A stretch of 64,000 nucleotides of DNA, from NCBI RefSeq assembly GCF_009914755.1, contig NC_060946.1. One strand, given 5' to 3'. Position numbers and translations under genes: made by a program. The DNA is from the human T2T-CHM13v2.0 reference genome, Homo sapiens. Under the pieces are notes generated by a model that was given only the letters and a program-made list of their open reading frames with translations, had not been told where the DNA came from and did no database searches. The first letter of the stretch is position 1, and each line of letters begins with the position of its first letter. Below are positions 16,171 to 31,303 of the stretch, piece by piece.

Positions 16171-16876
16171 CAGGGCATGAATTTTTTAGGAAACCTCAGA
16201 GTCCAGCAGTGTCTGCGCCATATTCCTGATTATCGAGGACCTGCCTCCTCCCTGTTTCCCTTTCCCCTGACCTAACTCACCATTTCTCTCCTTTTCCCAT
16301 GGGGCGGGGTGGGGGGAAGAAGGCTCTCCTGCACAGACTGCCCCTCTTCCACATGTGCGGAGACCTACTGTGGACATGGCTCCAGACTCATGGTCTTGTC
16401 TAGGGTCAGAGCACCAAAAAACTTGTTTCCACATAAGCTTTGCCACCAGCTGGTGAGCAGTTTCAATGAAGTAACTGTACTTAGGCAACACTTAAAATGG
16501 ACTTCGTGAGGGATGATTTTTCAATCTTTTGCAACACAAATTATTCATCAAGTCCTATAATCACTGAGATTTCAATTTGGCTTGTTACCAAAATCCCAAA
16601 TACTGGCTTCGAGGAAAAAGTGTTTCCACAGAGACAAGGGCAACTTGAGAACAGGTTCACGGGCCAGACACTGAAACACACTGGTCCCGAGGGAACACAG
16701 GTGGCCCCACAAGCAGCACCCTCAGACAGCATGAGACCTGGAGAGCTCAGAGAGTCCCAGGCATCCCAGGGGCTCCATGGCACCCCTGAGAGATGACCTA
16801 GCCATCAAGTCTTACTGGCCACGTTACCCAGGTACATTCTATCACTTCATTCTTCCTGTTGAAAACTACAGAATTC

Positions 16877-17178
16877 CAGCAGGGCACGGTGGCTCACGCC
16901 TGTAATCCCAGCACTTTGGGAGGCCGAGGTGGGTGAATCACAAGGTCAGGAGATCGAGACCATCCTGGCTAACACGGTGAAACCCCGTCTCTACTAAAAA
17001 AAATACAAAAAATTAGCCGAACATGGTGGCGGGTGCCTGTAGTCCCAGCTACTCAGGAGGCAGAGGCAGGAGAATGGCGTGAACCCGGGAGGCGGAGCTT
17101 GCAGTGAGCCAAGATTGCGCCACTGCACTCCAGCCTGGGCGGCAGAGCGAGACTCCGTCTCAAAAAAAAAAAAAAAAA
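16877..17178 (+). mobile_element. AluY SINE
   Basis: GAGAATGGCGTGAACCCGGGAGGCGGAGCTTGCA; TSD CTACAGAATTCCA. Confidence 0.95.
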
Positions 17179-17575
17179 TCCTACAGAATTCCACTCATGA
17201 AACAGGGATGACAATGCACACCCTGTGACTTCTGAGGATTCACTTAGATCATGCGGGGAAATACCTGTCTCTCATCTGGCAAACAATCCATGTTGGTTCC
17301 CTTCCCTGGCTCCAGTATCAGTGGAAGGAGATGGAGCAGAATGACCCCGGACTTAGCACAAGACTCCTCCCCTCTGACCTTCAGTTCCCTTGTTCATGGA
17401 GCAGATGATCTTTAAGTCCTATGAAGACTCAAACATTCTAAGGGGACATGAAGCATAGGCAAAGGCAAAGGATGGACTGGTTTAAGTGAAAATATGTAGT
17501 ATGCATTTTGTATCAAAGCAAAAAAAGAAAAAAGACTTTTACATATATCAAAGCAGAAATAAAGATGGGGTTATG

Positions 17576-17870
17576 GCTGGGCATGGTGGCTCATGCCTGT
17601 AATCCCAGCACTTTGGAAGGTCCAACTGGGTGGATCACCTAAGATGAGGGGTTCAAGACCAGCCTGGCCAACATGGTGAAACCCCATCTCCACTAAAAAT
17701 ACAAAAATTAGCCAGGTGTGGCAGCACACATCTGCAATTCCAGCTACTCAGGAGGCTGAGGCAAGAGAATCACCTGAACCCGCGAGACGGAGGTTGCAGT
17801 GAGCCGAGATCATGCCATAGCACTCCAGCCTGGGCAACACAGCAAGACTCTGCCTCAAAAAAAGGGGGGG
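17576..17870 (+). mobile_element. AluS-type SINE
   Basis: Full dimer; tail ends in a G-run. Confidence 0.9.
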
Positions 17871-17949
17871 GGGCAGGGGCAGTAAATTAAATTAGCAAAT
17901 ACCTATTTACACCCATTGCGAATGCATTAGTAATCTACCCACCAATGCC

Positions 17950-18350
17950 TACTTTCCATTCTTTCAACACCTGTATATTGGGTGCCTGTGCAGCCACACG
18001 GTGTTCTGAATGCTGGGAATCTAACAGCGGAGAGAACAGACCAAAACTCCTGCCCTCATGGGTCTGTGTTCTGGCACAGGTGACTGACCCAGCAGGTGCT
18101 ATGCAGAGAAATAAGCGAGGATGAGATAGGGAGGAGACAGAAAGGAGACTGCTTCTAAACAGAGTGACCAGAGAAGGTCCCCAAAGAAGGTGACACCTGA
18201 GACAACATGGGAAGAAGTAAGCCATATGGGCCCCCAGAGCACAGGCAGCCCCAGCAAAAGGCAAGAGAGGCCCACCTGGCATGTCTGAGGCACAGAAAGA
18301 CAGGTGTGGCAGCAGTTCCTGGTGAGATGGCTGTGGGTGAGCCCAGGCAG
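17950..18350 (-). mobile_element. L2 LINE 3' fragment
   Basis: CATTCTTTCAACACCTGTATATTGGGTGCC...CTGCCCTCATGG. Confidence 0.65.
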
Positions 18351-18961
18351 GCGGCAGTAGAAATAACGATGCATGAGCTTAAACGGGCACCGAAGACAAA
18401 ACAAAATGACCTCTTTGTTCAACTTCTAGCCCCACCACCAAAGTCCACCTCTGAGCCCCTGCCTAGATGTCCCGGCTCGATCACCAAGGTTGTGTGCAGT
18501 GACTACCACACACTGAATCTCCACACGGCCTCATTCTCAAGGAGCCCTGTGCAAGCAGTCAGGCATGTGAGTCAGCATACGAGGTGCTTTCACTTACCAC
18601 ACCCCTTGCCTGGCCACAAATCCTGCACTTCCCCTAACTCGGCTCTCCCTCAGACTCAACCAAGGCCCCACTGTGGGTGAGGAGCAGGGACACTGGCTCC
18701 CAGCCCTTTCCATGGCACCCATGCAGCTCCGAGAACAGCAAAGTCCAGCATCCCTAGGGGGTCACACGATCTGAAGACCAGTCACACAGACATGGAGCCC
18801 CGCAGGGGGACCCTTCTCCTGGCTCGAGCAGTCTGGACCCCCATCTCCAGAAGGCTTCAATCTCCCACTGGAGAACTCTGGAATGACAGCGGTAGAAGTC
18901 TCACCTGCGCCTGCCTGGTTGATTTTTCCCAGCTAACTTGCTCCCTGCCCTCTACCCACAG

Positions 18962-19087
18962 TTGTACAGAGTAAAACAAAATCATCATGTTAAATACTAG
19001 ATTCTAGATGACAGCCCTAAAAACGACTGCCATTTAAGTCGAGCAAAATTTAAAATCTTTTTGAAACAAACCAAGCAATCACTTGAG
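18962..19087 (+). other. Candidate 126-nt non-coding exon, antisense to the inferred host
   Basis: gCTAAC branch, ttgctccctgccctctacccacag| ... GAG|gtaagt; stops in all three frames. Confidence 0.35.
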
Positions 19088-20305
19088 GTAAGTTTGGGGA
19101 AGGTCTTTTGAAATCAATCACTCTCTCCACTGGAGATCCAGTTTCCAAGTTGTTTCCTGGGCTCGCGAAGCAGCAGAAGGTATGAATAGAGAATGCTAGG
19201 CAGTGAATTCCTAAAACCCGAGGATGAAAACACACACGGTTCTGAAGATCCCACAGAAAGATATGCCAATTAATCTTATTCTTAAAATTGGCCTGAAGAA
19301 GAAAGGGAAGCCCCTGATGCAGAAACTGCATAAGGAATCCTCCCCTCTGGAACACACAGGAGGCGTCAGAAAGAAGCCTGACCTTCTCCCTTTCCCATGA
19401 CCTTAGAGGAAAGGAAGGTCAGTCACAGCAGCAGTGGCTCAGAAGCAGGTAGGGAATCTTTTTCTATGGGAAGAGCTCACCAGGTGTGTGCTGTGTGCCA
19501 AGGACCACAGCAAGCAGAGGCTGTCCAAACATGAAGAATGCCTCTGCACAGGCCAACTGCATGTTCCGCAGGACCATTTAGGTTGCACCATCTCCCTCTC
19601 GACAGCCTGGCACAGTGGCATTCCGGTGTGTGCTACCCGTGCCTGGCTGGTGAAGAGCCTTTCTCCCACTCCACCTGGAGCTCCACGAGGGAAGGGCTTC
19701 ACCCTTTTTATCTAACCCAAAGCAAGTGCTCAAGTAACAAGAGAAGACGACAAGGGAAGGGAAGAGAGGAGGTGCTGTTTGTGCTGGATCCCGAGGTGGA
19801 GAAGGTAAAAATGCTGTCTGTGACAAATTTGTATTTTTTAAAAATCCTATATGCAGATTCATATAGTAACCCTTAAAATAACCATGTTTTCCCCAACATC
19901 TTTATAGGTCAAAGGAAACAAGCTGATGACCAGCCATCCTGGTGGCATTCAGACCGCTTGCTCCAGCTGACAACCACCTGGGCTATCAGAATCAGCAGCA
20001 AAGGTAGGACAGGCCCCAAGGTCACCCGTCCCAGCGCAGCCCATCAGCTCTTAGCTCACCTATGCAACTTAATGAAGAGCTGGAGCTAACAGCGTGTAAT
20101 TAGATGTGTCCCCAAAACTCGTTTATCTTATGCAATGGGAACACATCAGCTGACAGATCCAGACTTGCCTTGGACTGATTTTTACAGCAATATTTTTTTA
20201 GCCTCTGGTTGGCAAGCACCCTGGGAATGTGGAGATGGAGGCTGAACACTTCCCCAACCTAAATACTCAGTTGATGTTCCAGAGGTTTAAAACAGAAAAA
20301 CTTAC

Positions 20306-20389
20306 TTTAAAAAGGACAAAAATGACACTTTTTCAAATTTGATATTAACATGAGAATTCAAACAGTAGTGTAAGAAGATGTACAAGAGT
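20306..20389 (-). other. Candidate 84-nt exon
   Basis: CTAAC branch, cattcttctttcaaatctttag| ... AAA|gtaagt; one open frame. Confidence 0.3.
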
Positions 20390-21829
20390 CTAAAGATTTG
20401 AAAGAAGAATGATTGGAAGTGACGCAGTTAGAGCAGGCCTAACTGAACCAGAACGATGCAACTCCACAGCTCCTCCCCTCCCCATTCCAGTGGAGCCAAC
20501 CCCACAGAGGGAATGGGAAGCACTCCCACAGGGCAACGTTTTTAACAGAAATATATAACAACTTTTGCTTTCAAAGTTGGGTGGGACTAGAACACACAAT
20601 GGAAGGATGGAGTCAGGAGACCTGGATTCTTGTGCCCGCTCTGGCTTTTACAGTCTGCCTAACTCTATGCAGTCACTTCCTGCCAGCCTGTTTCCTTACC
20701 TACAAGAGGGAGAGACACTCCCTGGCCAGCCTAGTTCTCAGGGTGAACGAAAGGTCATTATCACTGCATCCTCTAGTCATTTGCTTCTTCGCTAATTAAC
20801 ACATCTTGAGCACCTGCGATGTTCCAGGAACAGGAGATGGCAGCGTGCAAGATAAAGTCCCTGACTTCTAGAGACTGCATGTTAGTGGCAATCGGCGTCT
20901 ACCCGGCCTTCAATAAACTACTGAATGAAGGAAAATTCTACCTAGCACCAGACACAATTACTGGGTTTCTAAAATGGAATTATTCCCCCGGCCCCCTGCA
21001 TCCAGCAGCCTGCTGCAGGGAAGCTCCTCCGAAGGCTGTAGGCAGGAGCGGGACAATGCTTGCTATCAGCTCCACAGATGTTACCTAGTACTATTCCTAC
21101 ACAGCGCCTTACAGAACAAACAGTAAAACCAAGTGGAAAGCATGCACGGGCTTAAAAACTCAAACTCCTTAACTACTCAGTAATTAGGATGTCATTTTAC
21201 ACCAAAAATAGATTTTTCTATTTTATACAATAGAAGGAAAGAAATGTAGTGCAGAGTGAGTCATTAGATCGTGACCTTATACTGTCTTCATCTCTGAATC
21301 TCAGACGCTGTGCAAAGCAGGGGGTCAGCATGTGTTTGCTGAATGAGTAACACTGTTCCTGTCAACAGGAATACGGATTACACCAGGTAGCTCTCAAACT
21401 TCCTCCTCAATCCACTCCTCCTTTTACATTCATGGAAAGGGAGGGGGAAAGAAGCCCAGTCTCCAAGGTCAGCCAGTTACACCAGAAGCAGTGCCACCAG
21501 AATATGAGCCCCGCCCTGGGACAGGGCACAGAGCCCTCACTAGCATGCTGGAGAGGGGCCACCCCAGGTCCTGGGTTTCCCTATACCCAGCTGCTTCTCT
21601 TCAAGCTGGTGAAGCCCCTGCCACCGCCACCACCTCCTCCCCTACCTTGGGACTTTGTGTTTAATCCCGGAAGTCACAATTTAGGAGGCTCAAAAAGAAT
21701 AAAATTCTGGGTATACAAATGGAAAAGACCCAAATGTGTCTGTCAAGAATAGCCAAAGGGATGGGATTATTTAGCCAGGAGAGGCTGTGGGAGGGATGAT
21801 GGGTGAAGTACTTGAGATTCTTGCTATTT

Positions 21830-24550
<2,721 letters not shown>

Positions 24551-24999
24551 TGGGTGTTTTTTCTTTCTTTTGTTTTGTTTTAATGTTGCAGAACAGGCAT
24601 CACCAAGGACCTAATTAACTTAGATTAAAACCACCTGACATTATATATTTTGATGAATTTCAAGTGTCATAAGGAGCCAAATAAAATCCATTTTAAGCAA
24701 CTCAAAGAAAAGCAGCTTATTCTCTGGCTTTGAGAAAAGAAATTTGTGATAATAAGGTATCAGAGGAAAACATGAATGTGTCCAAAACTTACGTTAAACT
24801 TTTGCACAATACAATATAGAAAGCAAAGAAAGAAAAAGACACAATTGATAAAAATCTTATTACCTAAAATACATTAAGAGCTGATATGAAGACAGAGGAT
24901 CCAATTCCACTGGACAAAGAAGTTGCTGGAGAGGAACAAACAGAAGAGGAGATGGCTGGGCAGAGACAGGAATGCTCACTAAGTTCTACCTGCTAAGCC

Positions 25000-25282
25000 A
25001 GACTGTGTTGGTAGTCCTGGCCACATCAGTAGTGAAAAGTCCACACAAAGCCCCCAGCCTCTCCTGTCTACTGTGTTGTCCACTGAGCAGGCCTCGAGTG
25101 GCAGCTCTCAGAGAGTGCTGTCTCCTTAATCAGCCTGGCCTGAGGGACTCTGTGGAACCGCACCCCCAGCCATCCTACAAGGGACACACAGATCAAGCGA
25201 GAAAGACATTTGTGTTAGGCTAAGTCTCTGAGACTTGGGGTTTGCTTGTTACTGCAATGTAACCTAGCTAAATATAATACAA
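25000..25282 (+). mobile_element. MLT1-type LTR fragment
   Basis: TAAGTCTCTGAGACTTGGGGTTTGCTTGTTACTGCAATGTAACCTAGC...AATACA end. Confidence 0.55.
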
Positions 25283-25761
25283 CAAATTCCCATGCAGGAA
25301 AAAAAAGCACAACTTCCTTTAAAATATGGAAATAACTTGTAAAATAAGGAAAATTAATATGACAATGCCAGTTTTGGTGGGGCTACAGGAAAACAGAAAT
25401 GTACTCTAACATTGCTAATAGGCTTCATGGAAAAATCTGAAAATACAGAACAAGGCAGATAACAGTTACCAACCTCTGACCCTTAAGTCCCACTCTGGGG
25501 AACATGCCCCAAGCAAATAAACTCAAAGAAAAAATAGCTTGGACAAAATGTTCATCACTGCAATATTTATAACAGCAAAAATTGGAAACGAGTCAGCTGC
25601 TCAAAGCTAAGAAAACAATGACGAGTTGACAGAAAGGACACAACACATCCGTTACAGAGAACTAGCAGGTGAGCTATTTTCCATCCGAAATTGGGTATAA
25701 GCAAAAAAGGCAGAGTGGCACAGCGCATCCACTACACATCAACTTATAAGGTGAGGACTGT

Positions 25762-26058
25762 AGCTGGGCGCGGTGGCTCACGCCTATAATCTCAGCACTT
25801 TGGGAGGCCAAGATGGGTGGATCACCTGAGGTCAGGAGTTCAAGACCAGCCGGGCCAACACAGTGAAACCCTATGTCTACTAAAAATACAAAAATTAGCC
25901 AGGTGTGGTGGTACGCCCCTGTAGTTTCAGCTACTCAGGAGGCTGAGGCAGGAGAATCACTTGAACCTGGGAGGCAGAGGTTGCGGTGAGCCAAGATCAT
26001 ACCACTGTACTCTAGCCTGGACGACAGGGCAAGACTCGTCTCAAAAAAAAAAAAAAAG
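25762..26058 (+). mobile_element. AluS-type SINE
   Basis: Full dimer with A-tail. Confidence 0.95.
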
Positions 26059-26229
26059 AGGCAAGGGCTGTGTCATCTCCGTATCCCCAGTGCTTAGCAT
26101 GAGGTAGATGCTCAAATGAGTCTGCACAGTGACTAGATGTACGCACCGGCAATTACCAAGCTGACAGAAGCAAATCAGTGGGGGACGAGGGCAAGAGGAG
26201 TCTTTGGGGAGGGAGCTGACACTCACCAG

Positions 26230-27050
26230 CTCATTTCTGTAGTGGCTGCAGTGTGCCTTCTCTCAACCTCCTCTGCCTGTTTCCTGGCTGCTGGCGCTCC
26301 CCAGGTTCTGTCCCAGGCCCTCTCTCTTACGTCTTCTGTGCCCACACACCAAACCACCTTTAACCTCAAGCCCCCTGATCTGCTGTCTGGCCCAGACCCG
26401 CATCTCTGCCTACTGGATGCCTCCACTTGGCCATCACACAGTCCTTGCAAACTATCCCCTTCCCTATGAGCCCACTCCTGTTCCTGGGTTTTCTACGTCA
26501 GAAATGGTCCCACCATTCATTCACCCAGCTTCTCAAGCCAGAAACTCCTCTTCTTCCCACACCCAACCCCCCTCACCACTACCACATTCAATCAGCTTCC
26601 AAGACCGGACTACATCAGCTCTTCAATATCTCTTGAATCCTCCCACTTGGCTCTGTCCCCATGATGATAGCTACCTTCGCTAAGGCCACCATTGCCTCCT
26701 GCCTAATCCTTAACAACGTCCTAACTAACCTGCAGCCACTTGTTTAGTCCCCGACTCCCTTCATTCTCCATGACATTACTGTGACTCTACCATGGTGGTT
26801 GGAATGTCTTCTGGAAAGATCAGGTTTTGCCTCTACTCAAACTCCTCCCCCTACTTCCTCCCGAAGCCAGCAGGGCCTCCAGGCTGTAACTACTGCTCCT
26901 CCAGCCTCACCACTCACACCACACTCCTGGCCACACTATACACGCTCTGGCCACCGTTAATCACCTGTGTCTACCAACACAAGCACCACACTCCTATCAG
27001 CTCCACCCCTTCACACACACTGTTCCCTCTGAACAAATGCACAAATGAAT
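26230..27050 (+). mobile_element. L2 LINE fragment
   Basis: GCCTACTGGATGCCTCCACTTGG...CAAGCCAGAAAC...; C/T-rich L2 body. Confidence 0.6.
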
Positions 27051-27384
27051 TAGAGGAGGTGGAGGAGAAATCAACTTCTCATAGCCAAATAGTTTCAAAA
27101 GCAAAATAATAAGAATCCTTCCAATTACTTTTATAACATAAAGAAGTGTTTAAACTGCATGTGAGCATAACATACCTAATATAATCCAGGGTAGGGTCTC
27201 CAGAAGTATGGGTACCCCAAACCTGCCACAGTCTAAGGGGGAAGTAAGGACAAAGCTAATAAAGCCAAAGGATTTGTCCCTGGGGGCAGGAGTGGAAGCA
27301 CTCACTGACTGCCACTGCATCCAGGAAGGAGGCACACATTGGCCTCTGAGCCTGGCGAGAGCAGCAATGTACCACGGGCTCACC

Positions 27385-27510
27385 CACTACTTGGGAGGCT
27401 GAGGCACAAGAATCACTTGAACCCAGGTGATGGAGGTTGCAGTGAGATCGCACCACTGCACTCCAGCCTGGGGGAAAGAGCAAAACTCTGTCTCAAAAAA
27501 CAAAAAGAAC
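27385..27510 (+). mobile_element. 5'-truncated Alu (right arm)
   Basis: Starts CTACTTGGGAGGCTGAGGC and ends in an A-tail. Confidence 0.85.
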
Positions 27511-27841
27511 AAGTGCTCACTGATTTGCCACCATGTCCCCACAGCAAGAAGCCCCAGTTACACAACACACAAAGCTGCCTGCCCAGGACTGATGCAGTGT
27601 TATTCCAACATAATCTTAGGATCCCTTCACACAGGCATGCGCACACACATGATCCTCTCTCGTCCAGCTGGGGATCAGGACTTCAGAGCACATGAGGACG
27701 CGTCAGCTCATCTCTGCCACCACTTCCCTCGCTTCTGGTGTCCTCACATCCTAACCACAGTATTTAACAACTGACAGATGGCCACAAATACAGGAGACAT
27801 GTGGACCATGTTGCAGGGAGCTGGGCCGTGGGTCCGGGTAC

Positions 27842-28034
27842 CTGCGCTTCCCCTCTGATGCCTGAAATTCTCTGTGCGGCTCCATTCCCCTTCGTGCCAG
27901 TCTTCAGGATCATGCCAGAGCAGCCACGGCCACATACTTCCCGACGACGCCTCCTCTCCGTCAGAGGCACCTGCCCAGTGGGACAGCTCTCCCTTAAGCT
28001 GCAAGTTTTCCAACTCAAGAGACGCACTTAAACC
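27842..28034 (-). other. Candidate CpG-rich exon (193 nt, or 97 nt using an internal donor)
   Basis: gagttttcttttttag| ... CAG|gtaccc; about 11 CpGs in ~200 bp. Confidence 0.35.
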
Positions 28035-29431
28035 CTAAAAAAGAAAACTCACACAGGCCCAGATGAGACAGAAAGATTCTCCTGGCATAAATAGAAGGAA
28101 AAAATATAGAATGGGTCAGGAGGCTGCCCTTTGTTCAGGTCAGAAAATAGGGGCATTCACAGGGGGCAGAGTGAGCAGGAAGGAGGGAGAAGAGGAATGC
28201 TCCAGGCCACCTTCGAGGTCTGCTGTGCCAGGTTCCCAAGACAGACAAAGAGTATTATTGACAACATGCATGAGTCAGAGTGGCCCCAGGTCAACGCTTC
28301 AGCTTCTTTCAACCCCTCCACTTTCAGGCAGCCCCTTCTAGAAGCAGGACTTCCTGTCACACAAAGGGCCTCTGTGGCCCTTTGTCCACAAAAGAGGAGC
28401 GGCCTCTTCCCATGCTTGGAGGCAGCCGTTTCAGAGGCTCTTCCCTACCCAACAGTCTGATGAGTGGAATCCTCAAGAGGAGCTGAAGCCCTGGTCTGAA
28501 CAAGCTGAATATGAGAGACAGCAAGAGGGGACAACACCAAAGAACACGCTAGCCTGGATGCACAAATCTAGAAGGTCTCTGAAATCTGCATCTATGAGTC
28601 TTCACAAGACCCCTGGGGGTGGGGGGGGGGACCTCTTAATGATCCAGCTGCCTCAGGCAAAATACCTAAGAGCTCTGCGCCTGACACTGCTCATGGGTAA
28701 AATAGAATCCAATCTGCCTGACAGGTTGCACGGATCAAATGGCATCCGGCTGGGACCTGGCACAGTGCCTGGAGTATGGGGACCTTCCACAAGCATTGGC
28801 CAGGGAGAAGGTGACTGGGGCCAGGCTCCACGGCAGCCCAGCTCCTGAGCCCGTAAGCCAGGTGCCCCCACACTGGGGCACTCCATTCTCACAGGGTCGA
28901 TGGACACTTGAACAACCTCCTCCAACACAGCGGCCAAGAGCTAGGAAACAGTTCTGCACAACATGCTACGGGGACACATAGAGGGTCCAGAAAGGGTGCC
29001 CAGGGCTGATGTTTCAGTGGGAATTCTTCAGCAGGAGCAGCAAGGAAAGGCATCCCAGGTAGAGGAACCTGTGTGACAAAGGGGAGTTAGAAACCAGCCC
29101 AGTGCAGGGTCCCGCTGGTCCTGGAGGGCAAACCCTGGGAAGCTGCTGTGGCTGTGAAGGAGGGGAGAGGGGACTGACAAATGGCAGGGCGCTGAAGATC
29201 AGACACCAGCTCAAGTCACTAGTTACTCCACCACAAGAGTGACTTCTGCTCCATTTACCTACCAGCAATAAAAAGTAGAATGTCCTGATAAAAGCCCACC
29301 ATAAGAATGCTAGGTAAGCATGGACAAGAAGAGGTCACACCCATCAGAAGCGCTATCTAGAAGTGAACTACCTAAATACCTTCTCAACCAGTACTATAAA
29401 TATGTGCCTTTGAAGTTTAAAAAGCCACACG

Positions 29432-30085
29432 AGCTGGGTGTGGTGGCACATGACTATCTATAGTCCCAGATACTTGGGAAGCTGAGGCAGGAAGATCACT
29501 TGAGCCCAAGAGTTTGAGGCTGCAGTGAGCTATGATAGTGCCTGTGAGTAGCCACTGTACTCCAGCCTGGGCAACACAGTGAGATCCCATCTCTAAAAAA
29601 AAATTTTAAGTACAAACCATGAGAGGATTTGGTTTTCAAATATTTTCTGGGCATCTATGCACTCAACTATGGTGCCGCTTTCTCAAGAAAATATTCTATT
29701 TCATTCAAAGGTATCAGCTAGAGCCAAAGCACTCTACTGTAGAGAAGAATATGGAGCCAGTTTCGTGTGACAAACTGATAAATGAATTCTAACTTGACAG
29801 TGCTTTTATTTCTAAAAAAAGTTCACATAAAATGAACTAGCCAGTAATTTGGAAAAACAAACAGGGAACTCAATTGTCAGGCAACAATCTGAAACTAATA
29901 GGCTTAAATCAAGCATAAAATTAATAGCAAAAGTTTCCCTTAAACAAGGGGAGTGGGTCAGGCATAGTGGCTCACGCCTGTAATCCCAGCACTTTGGGAG
30001 GCGGAGGTGGAAGGATTGCTTGAGCCCAGGAGTTACAAACCAGCCTGAGCAACAAGGTGGGATCCTGTCTCTATAAGGACAAAAC
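29432..30085 (+). mobile_element. Two Alu monomers (29432-29603 and 29955-30085)
   Basis: Single-arm FRAM/FLAM-like sequences. Confidence 0.8.
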
Positions 30086-30323
30086 ATTTCTTAAATAATA
30101 GGTGCACATTTTAACTTCTAAGCTACCTTCTTACCAGCAAAATGGGAATAAAGGTGGCTGACCTACACAGAGTAGGAATTTAAATGACACATTGTATGTG
30201 AGTGCCTGAAAATGTCAGTCTCCAGCCTTCCCAGCCTTCTTGCTCCTAGTATGACTCCTCCTGGCCTCTCTGGCAACTCCCACCCCACACAGGGAGGATA
30301 TGGCTTTGGCAAGCAGGACTTAC

Positions 30324-30354
30324 ACACCCATTCTCAGCTGTGCCACTGAGAACT
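30324..30354 (-). other. Candidate 31-nt micro/cryptic exon
   Basis: CTTAAC branch, tctttgttttgtgtttctag|AGTTCTCAGTGGCACAGCTGAGAATGGGTGT|gtaagt. Confidence 0.45.
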
Positions 30355-30394
30355 CTAGAAACACAAAACAAAGACCTTCAACGTTAAGCCTCAT

Positions 30395-30427
30395 ACACAC
30401 ACGCGCGCGCACGCACACACACACACA
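30395..30427. repeat. (CA)n/(CG)n microsatellite
   Basis: ACACACACGCGCGCGCACGCACACACACACACA. Confidence 0.95.
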
Positions 30428-30610
30428 TTTTGTGATGCTAGCTGCCTAATAAACATTTCCAGTGACCACTTATAAAGGGGAAAAATTAATGACAATTCTT
30501 ATTTATGATAAAATGCCGAATTACAATATACAATAATATTATCTGAGAAGCCCTGAAGAAAATGTCTTGGTTACTCTCTTGACTTCATTACAATACCCAA
30601 TACCCCCACT

Positions 30611-30671
30611 ACACACACACATACACTCACACACACACACTCACACACACTCTCTCACACACACACACACA
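30611..30671. repeat. Imperfect (CA)n microsatellite
   Basis: About 60 bp of CA repeats with CT/TA interruptions. Confidence 0.95.
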
Positions 30672-30960
30672 GGCAGAAAGAACCTGTCCTTCATAAAAAT
30701 TTGTCAGTTTGGCTGTCTCAAGACATAGCCTGTGTCCCAAATTCTTAAATATTTTCAATAAAATGTTTAATTTATTCTAATAAACTGAGTAAATATCAAG
30801 CCAAGGAAATTGATTTTACAAATTATTTTACATCTATCTCTCCCAATATTCTAAAAACATTTACTTTCTGAGTGCCAGAAACCTTGCTAAGAGCTAGGGG
30901 ATGGAAATGAAAACAAGTGAATAACACCATGCAGGCCCTGCGGTCCAGGAGCTCACAGCA

Positions 30961-31303
30961 CACTCAGCCCTTCATACCCAAGGGTTCCACATCTGTGGAT
31001 TCAACCAGTCAGGAATCGAAAATATACGGGGGAAAGAAGTGGGTAGCTGCATCTGTACTAAACATGTACAGACTTTTTTTGCTTGTCATTATTCCCTAAA
31101 CAATACGGTATAACTATTTACATTGTATTTATATTCTATTAGGTATTATAAGTAATCTAGAGATGATTTAAAGAATACTGAAGAGTATACATAAGTTATA
31201 TGCAAATACAACACTATTTTATATCAGAGACGAGCATCCATGGATTTTGGTATCCTTTGGAGGGTCCTGGAACAATCCTCCAAGATACAAAGGAACAAAT
31301 TGT
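30961..31303 (-). mobile_element. MER2-type Tigger-family MITE
   Basis: GGTTCCACATCTGTGGATTCAACC...AGTAATCTAGAGATGATTTAAAG...GGATTTTGGTATCC...GGTCCTGGAAC. Confidence 0.85.
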
